This document shows, in pieces, positions 1 to 10,555 of a stretch of 64,000 nt of DNA. Source of the DNA: Spirochaetia bacterium (GTDB taxonomy: Bacteria; Spirochaetota; Spirochaetia; UBA9216); contig CAXXYH010000004.1 of NCBI GenBank assembly GCA_963677925.2, forward strand, positions 736,001-800,000, read 5' to 3'. The translations under genes were made by a program, and so were the position numbers. Numbering within the stretch: position 1 is the stretch's first letter; the number at the start of each line of letters is the position of its first letter. The notes under the pieces were generated by a model. The model was not told the origin of the DNA. It saw nothing but the letters and a program-made list of their open reading frames with translations, and searched no databases.

Positions 1-44
1 CCCTTTCTGTCGGGACAGTCAATTTTTAGTGTATGCTTGTTCAT
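1..44 (-). CDS. purU: Formyltetrahydrofolate deformylase, N-terminal fragment (runs off the window)
   Basis: Minus strand reads MNKHTLKIDCPDRKG after an AAGGA RBS. This fits the PurU ACT-domain start (CPDxxG). Only about 15 codons are visible. Confidence 0.65.
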   Translation of the reverse strand, partial: MNKHTLKIDCPDRK

Positions 45-315
45 CTCTTTCTTTCCTTAAACTAATGAGTAAATCATTGGGTATTTCTTTTGAATAAAAA
101 TGGAAATATCCGAAGTAGCTGATCTGCTTAAACTTAACATAGAAATAATCTTTTTTAAATACCGCTTAACCCAAATTATCAATATTTACTTTTTTGAATA
201 TTTAAAATATAATTTCAAGAATATTGCACCTTTTCTTCTATGCTCAAATATTTTATAAATCTTTATATTGAAAGTAAATAGAAGTAACCGGAAAACACTT
301 TTTAGAGAGGCTTTT

Positions 316-2175
316 ATGAAAAGCTATGGAAAATCATATTTAATAAACACCCTGTTTTTCGGGATTCTGGGGTTTATTGCAGATGGGGTAAATTGCGGAA
401 TTTTCAATTCGAACGAAGTGCCTTTTTTTACAACTTTTCTCAGGACAATGCTGATTGGTTTTCCTTTTTTTATTCCGGCAATCGGAATCCTTGTTGTTCT
501 TAAAAGAAGCTACAAACATGATTTTTCAAATCAAGATGAAAAAGAAACACTTAATGCGCTTTCCAAAACGGGTAAACTGCCGCTTATTTCAATGGCTGTA
601 TTTACTTTCTTTTTAATCTTGTACGTAATTTTAATTTATAAAATGAGGACCTGGCTCGGCCTTTACGAGGGCCTTGAACTTACTGTAGCTGTTCTTTGTT
701 TTTCATGGGGTATGCTGGCTGCCGCAGGCGTATACATAGGAACGGATAGAATCAATGTGAATTATCTTACCAGTCTTGATCTGTACCGCTATCCAAGTAT
801 GCTTCGCGAAGATCGACAGTCGCTGAAGATGATAATTATTCCGCTTATGACGGCATTGCTTGGTTTAACCTATACCTTTGGTCTGGGCGGCAGTCTTCTT
901 GTTAAATACAGAACATTCGCCGAGATTCCCCATAACTCATTTATTTTTGCAGGGGTATGTCTTATTATCTATTTCTTTTTGATAATTTTATTAGCCAAAA
1001 TTTGCAGTGATAACCATAAACTTGTTTTTAAAACTGTTATTGAACAGCTCGATCAGCTTTCTTCAGGGGACAAGGACCTTGCGAAGAGGATCAGCATTGG
1101 TTCGATTGATGAAGTAGCGTCTATCTCCGGACTGATTAATATTTTTGTAGAAAAACTTGCAGAAAGTATTGATACAATCAAGAAGGCTCAAATTGAATTA
1201 AGAAGCCTGGGTGAGCAGCTTGGTAAGAATGCAAATGAGGCTGAATTGGATGTCTCAGATATTTCCAGTCATATCGATACGATGAAGACTCAGACTGAAG
1301 CTCAGTCGGCGAGCATCCTTGAAACTTCAGGCGCGGTAGAGGAAATCGGTATGATCATTAATAACATGAACAAACTGATAACCGAACAAAGTTCAAGTAT
1401 AAGCGAATCTTCCTCAGCTATAGAGCAGATGGCTGGCAACATTGTTTCGATTAATAATTCCATGTCAGTTATGGCTGATGAGTTCCGGGATCTTTCAGAG
1501 ACCTCGGTTAAAGGTCTATCTATTCAGGATGAAACCTACAAACGGACATCGGATATCTCCAAAAAATCACAGGACCTTCAGGTAGCCAATCAGGTAATCG
1601 CAGATATTGCGGCGCAGACAAACCTTCTTGCCATGAACGCGGCAATAGAGGCTGCGCATGCCGGCGAATCAGGCCGCGGATTTGCTGTAGTTGCAGCTGA
1701 AATCAGAAAGCTGGCAGAGCATTCGGCGCAGAACTCTAAATCAATAAGTGCAATTCTTGGAGAGGTTCAGGCCGGTATTCAGAAGGTTGTTGATTCATCC
1801 ATGTCCTCAAAGCAGATCTTCAGCACCGTTGCAGAGAAAATCGGTTCAACCGACAGCCTTGTAAATGAAATTAATCAGACTATGAAGGAACAGAAGGAAG
1901 GAACCCGGCAGATTCTCAGCTCTCTCGATAAAATGAATGATATTACTTCACAGGTTCAAAGCGGTGCTTCTGAGATGCAGAGCGGCAGTGAGACTATTGT
2001 GAAGGAGATGTCCAGTTTGAATGAGCATACCCAGGAAATGCGCTCAAATATGGAAGCGATAGTCAGGGGTATCAAAAATGTTAATCAGAGTGTGGATGCT
2101 GTATCCAATATCGCTGTTGTAACTGCCAGATCTATTGAACATATATCCGATGCTGTTGGTGACTTTAAGACCTGA
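316..2175 (+). CDS. Methyl-accepting chemotaxis protein (multi-TM N-terminus, HAMP, MCP signalling domain)
   Basis: [38 protein letters not shown] signature; several N-terminal TM helices. ATG 316 follows GAGAGG (track start 268 is a TTG). Confidence 0.93.
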   Translation: MKSYGKSYLINTLFFGILGFIADGVNCGIFNSNEVPFFTTFLRTMLIGFPFFIPAIGILVVLKRSYKHDFSNQDEKETLNALSKTGKLPLISMAVFTFFLILYVILIYKMRTWLGLYEGLELTVAVLCFSWGMLAAAGVYIGTDRINVNYLTSLDLYRYPSMLREDRQSLKMIIIPLMTALLGLTYTFGLGGSLLVKYRTFAEIPHNSFIFAGVCLIIYFFLIILLAKICSDNHKLVFKTVIEQLDQLSSGDKDLAKRISIGSIDEVASISGLINIFVEKLAESIDTIKKAQIELRSLGEQLGKNANEAELDVSDISSHIDTMKTQTEAQSASILETSGAVEEIGMIINNMNKLITEQSSSISESSSAIEQMAGNIVSINNSMSVMADEFRDLSETSVKGLSIQDETYKRTSDISKKSQDLQVANQVIADIAAQTNLLAMNAAIEAAHAGESGRGFAVVAAEIRKLAEHSAQNSKSISAILGEVQAGIQKVVDSSMSSKQIFSTVAEKIGSTDSLVNEINQTMKEQKEGTRQILSSLDKMNDITSQVQSGASEMQSGSETIVKEMSSLNEHTQEMRSNMEAIVRGIKNVNQSVDAVSNIAVVTARSIEHISDAVGDFKT

Positions 2176-2704
2176 GCTCTATTTCCAGAGAGCAGTTATA
2201 TTCATAAAATCTGTCAATAAGGCGGCGCTGTTCCGAGGTAATGTTAACCATCATTTCTGATTTTATATGTTTTACCGCTTCATCCGCTGTGACTCTGTCT
2301 ATTGCTATTATTATGCATGCAACGGCAAGCGATGTTCTTCCAACTCCCGCATGACAATGAACAATAATCCGTTCCCTTTTTTGCAGTCTTTGTCCAGCTT
2401 CAAGCACCAGGCTTTTAATCACATCAAGTGAGGGGGCCTGAAAGTCGGGTATTATATATCTCGAATAAGTAATTCCAAGTTTTGTATATTCCCTAAAAAG
2501 ATCCTTTCTTGCCTTGTTCTGAATTTCACTGTCGGTTACAAGACTGAAAACGTGATCAACGTGGTGATGTTTATACAGCTTCAAGAGTGAGCCGGGATCA
2601 TAAGCTCCTGACGGCATAGGGCTCACAAAAAGTTTTCCTGCAGTATCCAGTGGAATCTGTCGAAAGATTCCTGAATCTCTGCCTTTGTTTATGAAATTCA
2701 GCAT
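2165..2704 (-). CDS. Dual-specificity / protein-tyrosine phosphatase family protein
   Basis: [10 protein letters not shown] (HCX5R) P-loop and IPDFQAP acid loop. Confidence 0.88.
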   Translation of the reverse strand: MLNFINKGRDSGIFRQIPLDTAGKLFVSPMPSGAYDPGSLLKLYKHHHVDHVFSLVTDSEIQNKARKDLFREYTKLGITYSRYIIPDFQAPSLDVIKSLVLEAGQRLQKRERIIVHCHAGVGRTSLAVACIIIAIDRVTADEAVKHIKSEMMVNITSEQRRLIDRFYEYNCSLEIELRS

Positions 2705-3990
2705 TCAGAACCGGCCTTTGGGAATGTGTGAGCCGCATCAGGAATAAACCAGTATGGAACTTCTGCGGACTCTGTCATCTCTGAAACATAATTCACTGCA
2801 TCCTGCAGTGAGCTGAAATTATTTATACCCGCATTTTTAAGTGAAGGTTCGTTCATTTCGGAAACCAGTATTGTTTTAAATTTTGATGCAAGCTCGCATC
2901 CGTAATAGGCTATGAATCTTCCGATTGTATAGTTTTCTCTTAAGAAATTTTCTCGCGCTGTCATGCTTGTAAAATCGGCCAGCATCTCCTCCATCAGAGG
3001 ATTTCCGAGACCTTCCTGGCTTCGGGTCGCTAATATCAGTGTTCCGCCTTCTTCAAGAGCCTGGCAGGCATTGATCATCGATTTAACCGATTGATAGAAG
3101 TTGATGTCTCCGGGGAATCCGCCTGCAGAAGCTATAACTACCGGCCGTTTTTCATTAATGTTTATAAGGAAAAACTCCCGCAGCATCATACAGCCTTTTT
3201 CATGTGCCTTAAGGTAGTGTCCGGCGACAGCTCCGCCGGGAGCACCCTTGCCCGGCAGAATGTTCACAAGGAAATCAGGTTTTATAAATTCCTGTGCTTC
3301 CATTAAATCTTCATGAAGCGGATTATCAATTATCTTGTCACAGCCGATCAGAGGGTGGGAGCCTTTCCCTTTTTCAGGTGCAAGGCTTAGCGAATGGTTC
3401 ATCATTATGGTTGTTCTGCTGCTGATCCCGGGAACAAGAGACTTTCTACCCGCACTGTATCCGGCCATAAGATGAAAAACGATACCGCCGGTAAGTATAA
3501 GTCTGTCGGCCTCAGCGGCTGCTCTGTTTATCTCAACAACCGTGCCCCTGCTTGTGGTTCCCATTTTCACAAGATTCTCTGTATCATCACAGTCGTGATC
3601 GATAATGCGGTATTTACCGTACAGTGGGCCTGTAAGCTGCTTTTTCTCATCTTCAGAGTGCTTTCGGTGTGTTCCAAGGGCGGAGAGCAGGGTGATATCT
3701 TCCGGTCTTATACCGGCGCCTTCGAGTTCTTCAACGATTAAGGGAAGGTAGATATCAGTCCTCTGCCATGAGCGGGTTATATCTGAAAAGACTATACATA
3801 CAGTTTCTCCGGGCCTGACAATACTTCCAAGTGGAGCGGATGCTTCCGGTGACGACATTGCGGTTTTCACCATTTCGGCCAGAGTTTCTTTGCTTTGTGC
3901 AAATGATGAATCTATTAAATCGCCTTTCCAGTTTTCAGGTAGTTCGGCATCTATTTTCTGTTTTCCATATTCAAGACTGATACTGCTCAT
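2698..3990 (-). CDS. larA: Nickel-pincer-dependent lactate racemase (LarA) family protein
   Basis: DITR, ALGTHR, VFH, AGYSAGRKS, NH and DINFYQSVK motifs of LarA homologs. Substrate uncertain. Confidence 0.85.
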   Translation of the reverse strand: MSSISLEYGKQKIDAELPENWKGDLIDSSFAQSKETLAEMVKTAMSSPEASAPLGSIVRPGETVCIVFSDITRSWQRTDIYLPLIVEELEGAGIRPEDITLLSALGTHRKHSEDEKKQLTGPLYGKYRIIDHDCDDTENLVKMGTTSRGTVVEINRAAAEADRLILTGGIVFHLMAGYSAGRKSLVPGISSRTTIMMNHSLSLAPEKGKGSHPLIGCDKIIDNPLHEDLMEAQEFIKPDFLVNILPGKGAPGGAVAGHYLKAHEKGCMMLREFFLININEKRPVVIASAGGFPGDINFYQSVKSMINACQALEEGGTLILATRSQEGLGNPLMEEMLADFTSMTARENFLRENYTIGRFIAYYGCELASKFKTILVSEMNEPSLKNAGINNFSSLQDAVNYVSEMTESAEVPYWFIPDAAHTFPKAGSEC

Positions 3991-4169
3991 GAATCGAGCT
4001 TACTCCTTTGATTAACATTTTACAACCGAAGCTTATGGGTAAGGGTGCATCTTGCAAATTATTTATATCAAATTTGAAAAGTATGACTGTTCCTATTGAC
4101 AGAAACGCCAAATAGATTTAAAAATATTGATGTGATTCTTTACATAGAAACAATAAAAGAGAGAAACTA

Positions 4170-5171
4170 ATGAAAAGAAAACTATTAACTGTTCTTGCAG
4201 CGGCCTTGATATTTACAACTGTGACTATGAACGCAGCAGCATCAGGATCTTCAGAAGAAGCGACAGAGACTGACGGAAGCCTTCGCATAGGTGTTTCCCA
4301 GTTTGTACAGCATCCTGCTCTTGATGCCGTTTATCAGGGGATTGTCGATGAAATGGAAGCACTCGGTTATGCCGATGTTGAATACGATTATCAGAACTCC
4401 AATGCTGATGTTAACACCTGCAGGCAGATTGCATCGCTTTTTCAGTCAAAGAAAATGGATATGGTGGTAGGTATTGCTACCCCGAATGCACAGGCATTAA
4501 AGAGCGGCGTAACAAACGCACCTCTTATCTATGCGGCAATTACAGACCCGGTATCCGCCGGTCTTGTTGAAACACTTGAACACGGCGACCCGGATATGAC
4601 AGGTACCTCATATAAGAATCCATTCAAAGAGCAGATCGAGTTTCTGATGGCATTCCATGAAGTCAAGGTTCTTGGACAGGTTTATACCGGAAGCGAAGAT
4701 AATGCCATGTTTCAGGCAAAGCAGGTTGAAAAAGCCTGTGCAGAGCTTGGTATAGAATATCTGGGTACTTCGATTGCTTCATCCGCCGAGGTTAAGTCAG
4801 CAACTGAATCAATTGTGAAAAGAGTTGACGCCATCTATGTTACAAATGACAACACTGTTGTGTCAGCTTTAGGCGGTCTTGTACAGACGGCAACAGCAAA
4901 CAAGGTTCCTGTACTTTCAGCTGATACAGCTTCTGCAAAAGATAATCCGGTATTCATTGCCTGGGGTTTTGACTGGCACTACATCGGTGTTGAAACTGCG
5001 CGTCTGATGGACAAAATCCTCAAAGGAGAGAAGTCTGAAGATATGCCGACTACAGTTGTAAGTGATCCGAAATACATGGAGATGTATCTGAATACAGGTG
5101 TTGCTGAGAAAATCGGAATAGAATTTCCACAGTCAGTCCTCGATCAGGCGGCAGTAATTCTTGAAGAGTAA
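4170..5171 (+). CDS. ABC transporter substrate-binding protein (TrpX-like aromatic amino acid family)
   Basis: Signal peptide; SQFVQHPALDA, IATPNAQA, AITDPV and NDNTVVSA motifs. Confidence 0.88.
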   Translation: MKRKLLTVLAAALIFTTVTMNAAASGSSEEATETDGSLRIGVSQFVQHPALDAVYQGIVDEMEALGYADVEYDYQNSNADVNTCRQIASLFQSKKMDMVVGIATPNAQALKSGVTNAPLIYAAITDPVSAGLVETLEHGDPDMTGTSYKNPFKEQIEFLMAFHEVKVLGQVYTGSEDNAMFQAKQVEKACAELGIEYLGTSIASSAEVKSATESIVKRVDAIYVTNDNTVVSALGGLVQTATANKVPVLSADTASAKDNPVFIAWGFDWHYIGVETARLMDKILKGEKSEDMPTTVVSDPKYMEMYLNTGVAEKIGIEFPQSVLDQAAVILEE

Positions 5172-5239
5172 AAATATAAGATAGTTGAGCTTCTTTCAAA
5201 ACTCGGTTAGTTTTGAAATTGCCTCAGTTTTTCAGGTAT

Positions 5240-5281
5240 AAAAAAAGCCCGGACGGTTCAAGAGAACTTTCCGGGTTTTTT
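5240..5281 (+). terminator. Intrinsic terminator after the SBP gene
   Basis: AAAAAAGCCCGGA...TCCGGGTTTTTT hairpin with T-tract. Confidence 0.75.
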
Positions 5282-5319
5282 ATTTGTTATGAAGCAGTTC
5301 ATTAACTATAATTTTAATA

Positions 5320-7038
5320 ATGAAAAAAAATCTCCTGATTCTTTTGTTTTTATTGGTATACTCTGCCGGTTTATTTGCCCAACAGGATAATATTTTAATC
5401 TTTCATACTTACAGTCCTGAAATACCCTGGGTTAATTCCTTTAATGAAGGGATTTCAAATTCTGAATACTACAATCCTCTCACTATGAATCTATTTTTTG
5501 AGTTTATGGGAAATAATTTCCCCGAGTCCACCCTGACCGAGGATGACTGGCATTTCTATCTTCACTCAAAATACCCGTCGGATATGTTCAGTTTTATTCT
5601 TGTTGATGCTCCTGAAGCAGTAGCTCTTTTTAGTAATCACCCGGATCTTTTTCCGGAGACACCGAAGATTTACCGCTCAATTCAAATTTCGGATAAAAAG
5701 ATGGATGAAGAGCTTTATTTATCCTCGGATATTTCAGCTGCAGTCAGAAAAACAATTGAACTGGCGCATCTGCAGAATCCGGATGCCGGGAAGGCTGTAG
5801 TAATTGATACCGGTGATTTAAAGAGTCAGGTTATTATTAAGGCTGCAGCCTCTCTGTTGAAATCAGATTATGGAATAGAGCCGTATCTTATGAAGGTTAC
5901 AACTCTCGAAAATCTGGTTTCTGAAGTATCCCGGTTAGAGCCTGATACAATTGTTTACTATGTGATTGTATCTGAAGATGATAATCGCTCAGGTTATATT
6001 CCCAAAGACGTTCTTAAAATGGTCTGTGATGTCTCGCCTGCGCCTGTGTATACATTCTGGAGTACACTGATGGGGTCCGGTACCGTCGGCGGATATATGA
6101 TTGATGCTGAAACTTCTGCAATGGAGATGTTCAGGGCTGGAGTTGATTATTTAAAGACTGGTCAATTTGGAGAAGGTTATAATTCTTATAGACTCTTTCT
6201 GGACTGTGCAGTTCTGGAGCGGTATGGCATAGATGATAAATATAGTGAGTATAAAGATGCTGTATTCCTGAATCATCCGGTTCCGTTTCTTGTGGCTAAC
6301 CTGGAAACTATAAAAATTGTAGTGCTGGTTTCATTCATAATCCTGTTTTTGATCATACTGATGGGGCTAAACATGCTGTGGCAGCTTAACCGTAAACTTA
6401 AGAATGAGCATGAAGAATTAATAGGACTGGTTCATCAAAAGTCAGTTTTAATAAGGGAAATAGACCATCGTGTAAAAAATAATCTCAATATTCTTGAATC
6501 TCTTATTAGTATGCAGATTGCAGATGCTGAGGAACCCGGTCTGAAAAATGATCTTCATGATGTGCTGAGCAGGATAAGTGTGATGACAATGGTTCATGAA
6601 AAACTGTATCAGTCTGAGATTGATAACCGGCTTGATTCGAATAATTACATTTCAGATCTTATAGATAAACTATCTGTTATGCTTATGAATGAATCCGGTA
6701 AAATAAGGATAACTACAGATATAATTTCAGAAACTCTTGATGTTCAGATGATGATTTCTTTAGGGCTGATAATAAATGAAATGCTTACAAATGCATTTAA
6801 ATATGCTTTTAAACCTGACCAGTCCGGGGAGATAAATATCAGACTTTCCCGATACACCGAAACGGAGTATTTATTGATGGTTAAAGACAACGGCATAGGA
6901 CTTCCTGCCGGGTTTTCACTTGAAAACAGTGGGGGGCTCGGCCTAAAAGTTATAGAAGTTCTTGCCCGGCAGCTGAAGGGCCGTCTTGAGTTTGAAAGTA
7001 AAGACGGCGCCTCTTTTTCGGTAATTTTCCCTGTGTAA
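5320..7038 (+). CDS. Membrane sensor histidine kinase (HisKA_2-type) with SBP-like periplasmic domain
   Basis: EIDHRVKNNL H-box, NEMLTNAFKYAF N-box, DNGIG and GLGL; signal peptide plus one TM. Confidence 0.9.
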   Translation: MKKNLLILLFLLVYSAGLFAQQDNILIFHTYSPEIPWVNSFNEGISNSEYYNPLTMNLFFEFMGNNFPESTLTEDDWHFYLHSKYPSDMFSFILVDAPEAVALFSNHPDLFPETPKIYRSIQISDKKMDEELYLSSDISAAVRKTIELAHLQNPDAGKAVVIDTGDLKSQVIIKAAASLLKSDYGIEPYLMKVTTLENLVSEVSRLEPDTIVYYVIVSEDDNRSGYIPKDVLKMVCDVSPAPVYTFWSTLMGSGTVGGYMIDAETSAMEMFRAGVDYLKTGQFGEGYNSYRLFLDCAVLERYGIDDKYSEYKDAVFLNHPVPFLVANLETIKIVVLVSFIILFLIILMGLNMLWQLNRKLKNEHEELIGLVHQKSVLIREIDHRVKNNLNILESLISMQIADAEEPGLKNDLHDVLSRISVMTMVHEKLYQSEIDNRLDSNNYISDLIDKLSVMLMNESGKIRITTDIISETLDVQMMISLGLIINEMLTNAFKYAFKPDQSGEINIRLSRYTETEYLLMVKDNGIGLPAGFSLENSGGLGLKVIEVLARQLKGRLEFESKDGASFSVIFPV

Positions 7039-7056
7039 AAATATCTGAATCAAAAT

Positions 7057-7088
7057 AAAAAGGGATACCCGAAGCTTCGAATATCCCC
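7057..7088 (-). terminator. Intrinsic terminator between convergent genes
   Basis: Minus strand GGGGATATTCG-AAGCTT-CGGGTATCCCT followed by TTTT. Confidence 0.65.
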
Positions 7089-7110
7089 TATATAAATTGT
7101 TTACTCAGTT

Positions 7111-8589
7111 TTAAGGTGAAGGAGGTGTGCCTCCGCTTCCGTATGCGCCTGCCGGATTCACCTGGCTAAGCGAGCCTACAAGTTCGGTAATTGATGTCTG
7201 AGCAGACGCGGGGTAGGCTGTGGTCTGTTTCATGGTGAAATCTTTTCCGCTGAAATTAGTGAATATGCTGCTTAGATTATCATAGATTGCCCATTCGAGA
7301 TTGTCGGTATCTGTACTGACTCCTTCAAATGGATAATATGTATGATTTTCATCATAGATATTATTCAATACCAATATGAGCGGGTTAGCTGAGTTTGTAT
7401 ATATAAGATAAGTATATCCTGTGGCATTTGCAGTAAATATGTTTTTGGTAAAATTATACACAGATGTCGAAGACTCGCTTAGGTTTATTGCAATACCTGC
7501 TGAAGCTTTTGAAGCTACTGTGTTACGGGAGAATTCAACATTAAAATTGATGTCATCATAATTGGGTGAATTGAGTGCTTCCTGTGTTTGTACGGTATCA
7601 TTATAAAAAATTATATTATTTGTAAAACTGTATGAACTATTTTCTGCAGGATAATAAATTTGAATTCCCTCCGTAGTTCCCTTATGATAAATCCTACTGT
7701 TTGTAATGGAAAGAGCTGAACATGTTTCAGCACTGCTGCTCCCTGCTTTTATTGCATAAGCACCACCTGAATCTGCCAGGTTTTTAATAAATGCATGGTC
7801 TATCGATGCTTCATTATTTACCAGAATGCCGCCCCAGCCCCCGGTTGTTGGTCCGGAGAGAATTACCGGTTTGTCAGCTGTCCCTTCGATGTTAAGGGTT
7901 CCGTTTACTATAATCTGGTATCCGCCGGATGTATTTAACTCAACATCACGATAAATATTCAGTGTAGCCCCGCTGGAAATGGTTATATCATTTCCAACAT
8001 ATATTTCGCCTTCGCCTGAACGTATGTAGCTGTCCAGCAGTATCGTTTCACCATCGGTAAGATCCGAGGCATACAGCCTTGTTCCCTGGTAGTTAAACCC
8101 CTCTCCTGAAAGAGAGATTGTTATCTGTCCATCATCCTCATCACTGCTGTATATTGTCAGTGTACCGCTGAGCACCTCCTCTGATTCCGGAGAAAAACTC
8201 AGGGTGTATGGCTTAGTTTCGCCGGCCGGTATTTCGATGGTATCAGAAGTTGATTCAGGCATTGAGAATGCAGAGTCTCCAACCAGCCAGGTCAGGTAGG
8301 TCATATCCAGTGTAAGTGTGTCTGCTGTGCTATTGTTTCCAATGGTAACTGTTGCGGTTTCAGTTTCACCTACAAGGGTTTTTGTAAACGTGTAGGAACT
8401 TCCGTCGGCGTAGACTGTTCCGCCGATTCTAATTTCAATATCCCCTGCCGGAGCCAGATCAAGCCCCGCATAGTCGGGGTCGTTCGGGTTTTCCCGGTCG
8501 TGCTGTGTTGCGTCAAGAAAGAATCCGTCACATGAGACTATGGCAGTGAAGGTGAGAATTATCAGAAAAAGTTTAGTTATCTTTATCAT
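7111..8589 (-). CDS. Surface lipoprotein with an Ig-like (ASH / choice-of-anchor D-like) domain and a C-terminal parallel beta-helix
   Basis: Lipobox AIVSC; RENPNDP after the Cys; TVTIGNN...IPAGE...FSP...GTLTIYSSD...LSGEG Ig-like pattern; Asn/Thr-rich beta-helix-like repeats. Confidence 0.65.
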   Translation of the reverse strand: MIKITKLFLIILTFTAIVSCDGFFLDATQHDRENPNDPDYAGLDLAPAGDIEIRIGGTVYADGSSYTFTKTLVGETETATVTIGNNSTADTLTLDMTYLTWLVGDSAFSMPESTSDTIEIPAGETKPYTLSFSPESEEVLSGTLTIYSSDEDDGQITISLSGEGFNYQGTRLYASDLTDGETILLDSYIRSGEGEIYVGNDITISSGATLNIYRDVELNTSGGYQIIVNGTLNIEGTADKPVILSGPTTGGWGGILVNNEASIDHAFIKNLADSGGAYAIKAGSSSAETCSALSITNSRIYHKGTTEGIQIYYPAENSSYSFTNNIIFYNDTVQTQEALNSPNYDDINFNVEFSRNTVASKASAGIAINLSESSTSVYNFTKNIFTANATGYTYLIYTNSANPLILVLNNIYDENHTYYPFEGVSTDTDNLEWAIYDNLSSIFTNFSGKDFTMKQTTAYPASAQTSITELVGSLSQVNPAGAYGSGGTPPSP

Positions 8590-8598
8590 CGTGTGCTC

Positions 8599-9567
8599 CT
8601 AGTAGGAAAATCCGAAGGACAGCACGGTTGCCTTCGGTCCCGGAAGAATGGAAACCGCCGTATCAACTGCCGGTTCTGAATCACCCCCGAAAAAGAACAG
8701 TGAGGTAAGTGCTGTCAGCACCCCGCCTCCTGCAAGCCCGGCTCCTACCCAGAACATCGTATTGCTGTTTTCGGCAGCGGTATATGCTGCTGCATAGGTA
8801 CTGTAAAGTGAATCGTAGTCGGCATCACCGGCTGTTGCTGAATCGTATGCGCTCCAGGCGTCGTTTGCGTCATTAATTTTCATTATTGAATCAATAAGAA
8901 AATATGTGCCGACTCCGGCTATTACAGTTCCGCCGCCCAGCAGGCTCCATCCGACTATACTCTTTGTGCCTGCGGGAGCAGCATCGCCGTCGCCGGATCC
9001 AGCTTTTGCCGGTTTTTCGGTTGCAGGCTTTGCGGCTTCAGCGGCCTCTGTCTTACCTGCCGTTTCTGAACTGCCCGATTCTGCGGCAGCCGTTTGAGTA
9101 TCGGCAGCTTCAAGCCCGGACAGGCGGGCGGCAAAGTTAGGCATATCGTCTATCAGTTCGCCCAGATCGGGATATATATTTTTGGCCGTATGAATTGTGG
9201 CTGAGGTTTCGGTTTCAATCATTTTGGCAGAGAAAATATATCTGCCGCCCAGAAGAGCTATATCTCCAGTAACAATAAACTGGGCTGAAAGCAGCTTTCC
9301 AATTTCGAGCATGCAGCTTTCGTCGGTACATCCTGAATTGGAAAAAGCCAGTTCGTCCAGGATAGTATCACGCTGGGCTGTATCAATTACTGTGTATTCA
9401 CCTGCGTCATGCAGTGATGCGGATAGAAAAGAAGTTATCGACTTCATGTCGCTTTCCGAGATTGAATTGATTCGGAAGTCTAGAACTGTAAGTACAGGTT
9501 TATCATTTGAAAATACACTTGCTGAAATAATCAACAGAGGTACAAACAGCAATATTAGCTTTTTCAT
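8599..9567 (-). CDS. Secreted CsgG/TolB-N-like domain protein with Ala-rich linker and C-terminal Gly-rich hydrophobic segments
   Basis: Signal peptide; VLDF...VIDTAQRDTILDE...GCTDESCMLEIGKLLSAQFIVTGDI pattern; ends in LSFGFSY. Confidence 0.6.
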   Translation of the reverse strand: MKKLILLFVPLLIISASVFSNDKPVLTVLDFRINSISESDMKSITSFLSASLHDAGEYTVIDTAQRDTILDELAFSNSGCTDESCMLEIGKLLSAQFIVTGDIALLGGRYIFSAKMIETETSATIHTAKNIYPDLGELIDDMPNFAARLSGLEAADTQTAAAESGSSETAGKTEAAEAAKPATEKPAKAGSGDGDAAPAGTKSIVGWSLLGGGTVIAGVGTYFLIDSIMKINDANDAWSAYDSATAGDADYDSLYSTYAAAYTAAENSNTMFWVGAGLAGGGVLTALTSLFFFGGDSEPAVDTAVSILPGPKATVLSFGFSY

Positions 9568-9651
9568 CAGTTTTCCTCCGTTATTATTTTAGCCCGATGT
9601 CGTAAAATCCTGCAAGTAATCAAACTTAATGTTGATGTTTTTTAAGGTTGG

Positions 9652-9679
9652 GTGTATATTGTGTATATACGATATACAC
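9652..9679. promoter_or_regulatory. YtrA/GntR-type operator (28-bp inverted repeat)
   Basis: GTGTATATTGTGTATATACGATATACAC, near-perfect palindrome upstream of an ABC operon that encodes a YtrA-type regulator. Confidence 0.75.
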
Positions 9680-9700
9680 AGTAAGCAAGGAGTTTCGGTT

Positions 9701-10555
9701 ATGTGTATGATGAAGGTAGAAAAACTTAGAAAACATTATGAAAAGTTTCTGCTTGATGATGTCAGCTTCAGGCTTGAAGAAGGTTATATAATGGGTTTTA
9801 TCGGCAGCAACGGCGCCGGGAAGACTACTACATTGAAAAGTATTATGGGCATGGTTCACTCAGATTCCGGAACTGTCGAAGTTTTCGGACAGGATTTCCG
9901 CTCCAATGAGCTTGAACTGAAGCAGAAGATTGCCTTTATGCTTGGCCCCGGAGATTATTATCCGACTAAAAAGGTCAGTGCCGTAACTGATACTTACCGG
10001 CGTTTTTACACAGACTGGGATGAGTCTCTCTATCAGTCTCTGCTGAAGCGTTTTGATATAGATCCGCAGAAAAAAATAAAGGATCTGTCACAGGGAATGA
10101 AGATCAAGTATTCGCTTTCACTTGCTCTTTCCCACAGGGCAAAGCTGATAATTCTTGATGAACCTACATCCGGTCTTGATCCGGTTGCAAGGGATGATCT
10201 GCTTGAGCTGTTTCAGGAGTTTGTAGAACAGGGCGATAAGAGTATTCTTTTCTCCACCCATATAACTTCGGATCTCGAAAAATGTGCCGATTACATCACC
10301 TATATCGAAAAGGGAAAGATCGTTGAGAGCCTTACCAAGGATGAGCTGATGGATAAGTACAGGATAATCAGCGGAACAGAGGCTCAGCTTAACGGGCTGA
10401 AAGATCAGATGGTGTCCTGGAAAAAGAATTCATTCGGTTTTCAGGGACTTATTGAAACAGAAAAACTGGGTGAGGCGGAACGTGAGTCTGCATCGGTTCC
10501 CGGTCTCGACGATATAATGATTTACCACTCAAAAAGGGGGCAGGCAAATGAATAA
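9701..10555 (+). CDS. ABC transporter ATP-binding protein (YtrB-like)
   Basis: GSNGAGKTT Walker A, LSQGM signature, ILDEPT Walker B. ATG 9701 follows AAGGAG. Confidence 0.92.
   Translation: MCMMKVEKLRKHYEKFLLDDVSFRLEEGYIMGFIGSNGAGKTTTLKSIMGMVHSDSGTVEVFGQDFRSNELELKQKIAFMLGPGDYYPTKKVSAVTDTYRRFYTDWDESLYQSLLKRFDIDPQKKIKDLSQGMKIKYSLSLALSHRAKLIILDEPTSGLDPVARDDLLELFQEFVEQGDKSILFSTHITSDLEKCADYITYIEKGKIVESLTKDELMDKYRIISGTEAQLNGLKDQMVSWKKNSFGFQGLIETEKLGEAERESASVPGLDDIMIYHSKRGQANE

Noticed and set aside
4020-4169. Possible T-box or amino-acid riboswitch before the TrpX-like SBP
   Set aside because: The leader is too short, with no T-box sequence or terminator/antiterminator.
9629-9700. Longer track start of the ABC ATPase (likewise track starts at 268, 19125, 21653, 26020, 36229, 37783 and 46410)
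   Set aside because: The extensions cover operators or promoters, and downstream starts have a better RBS, signal peptide or domain boundary.
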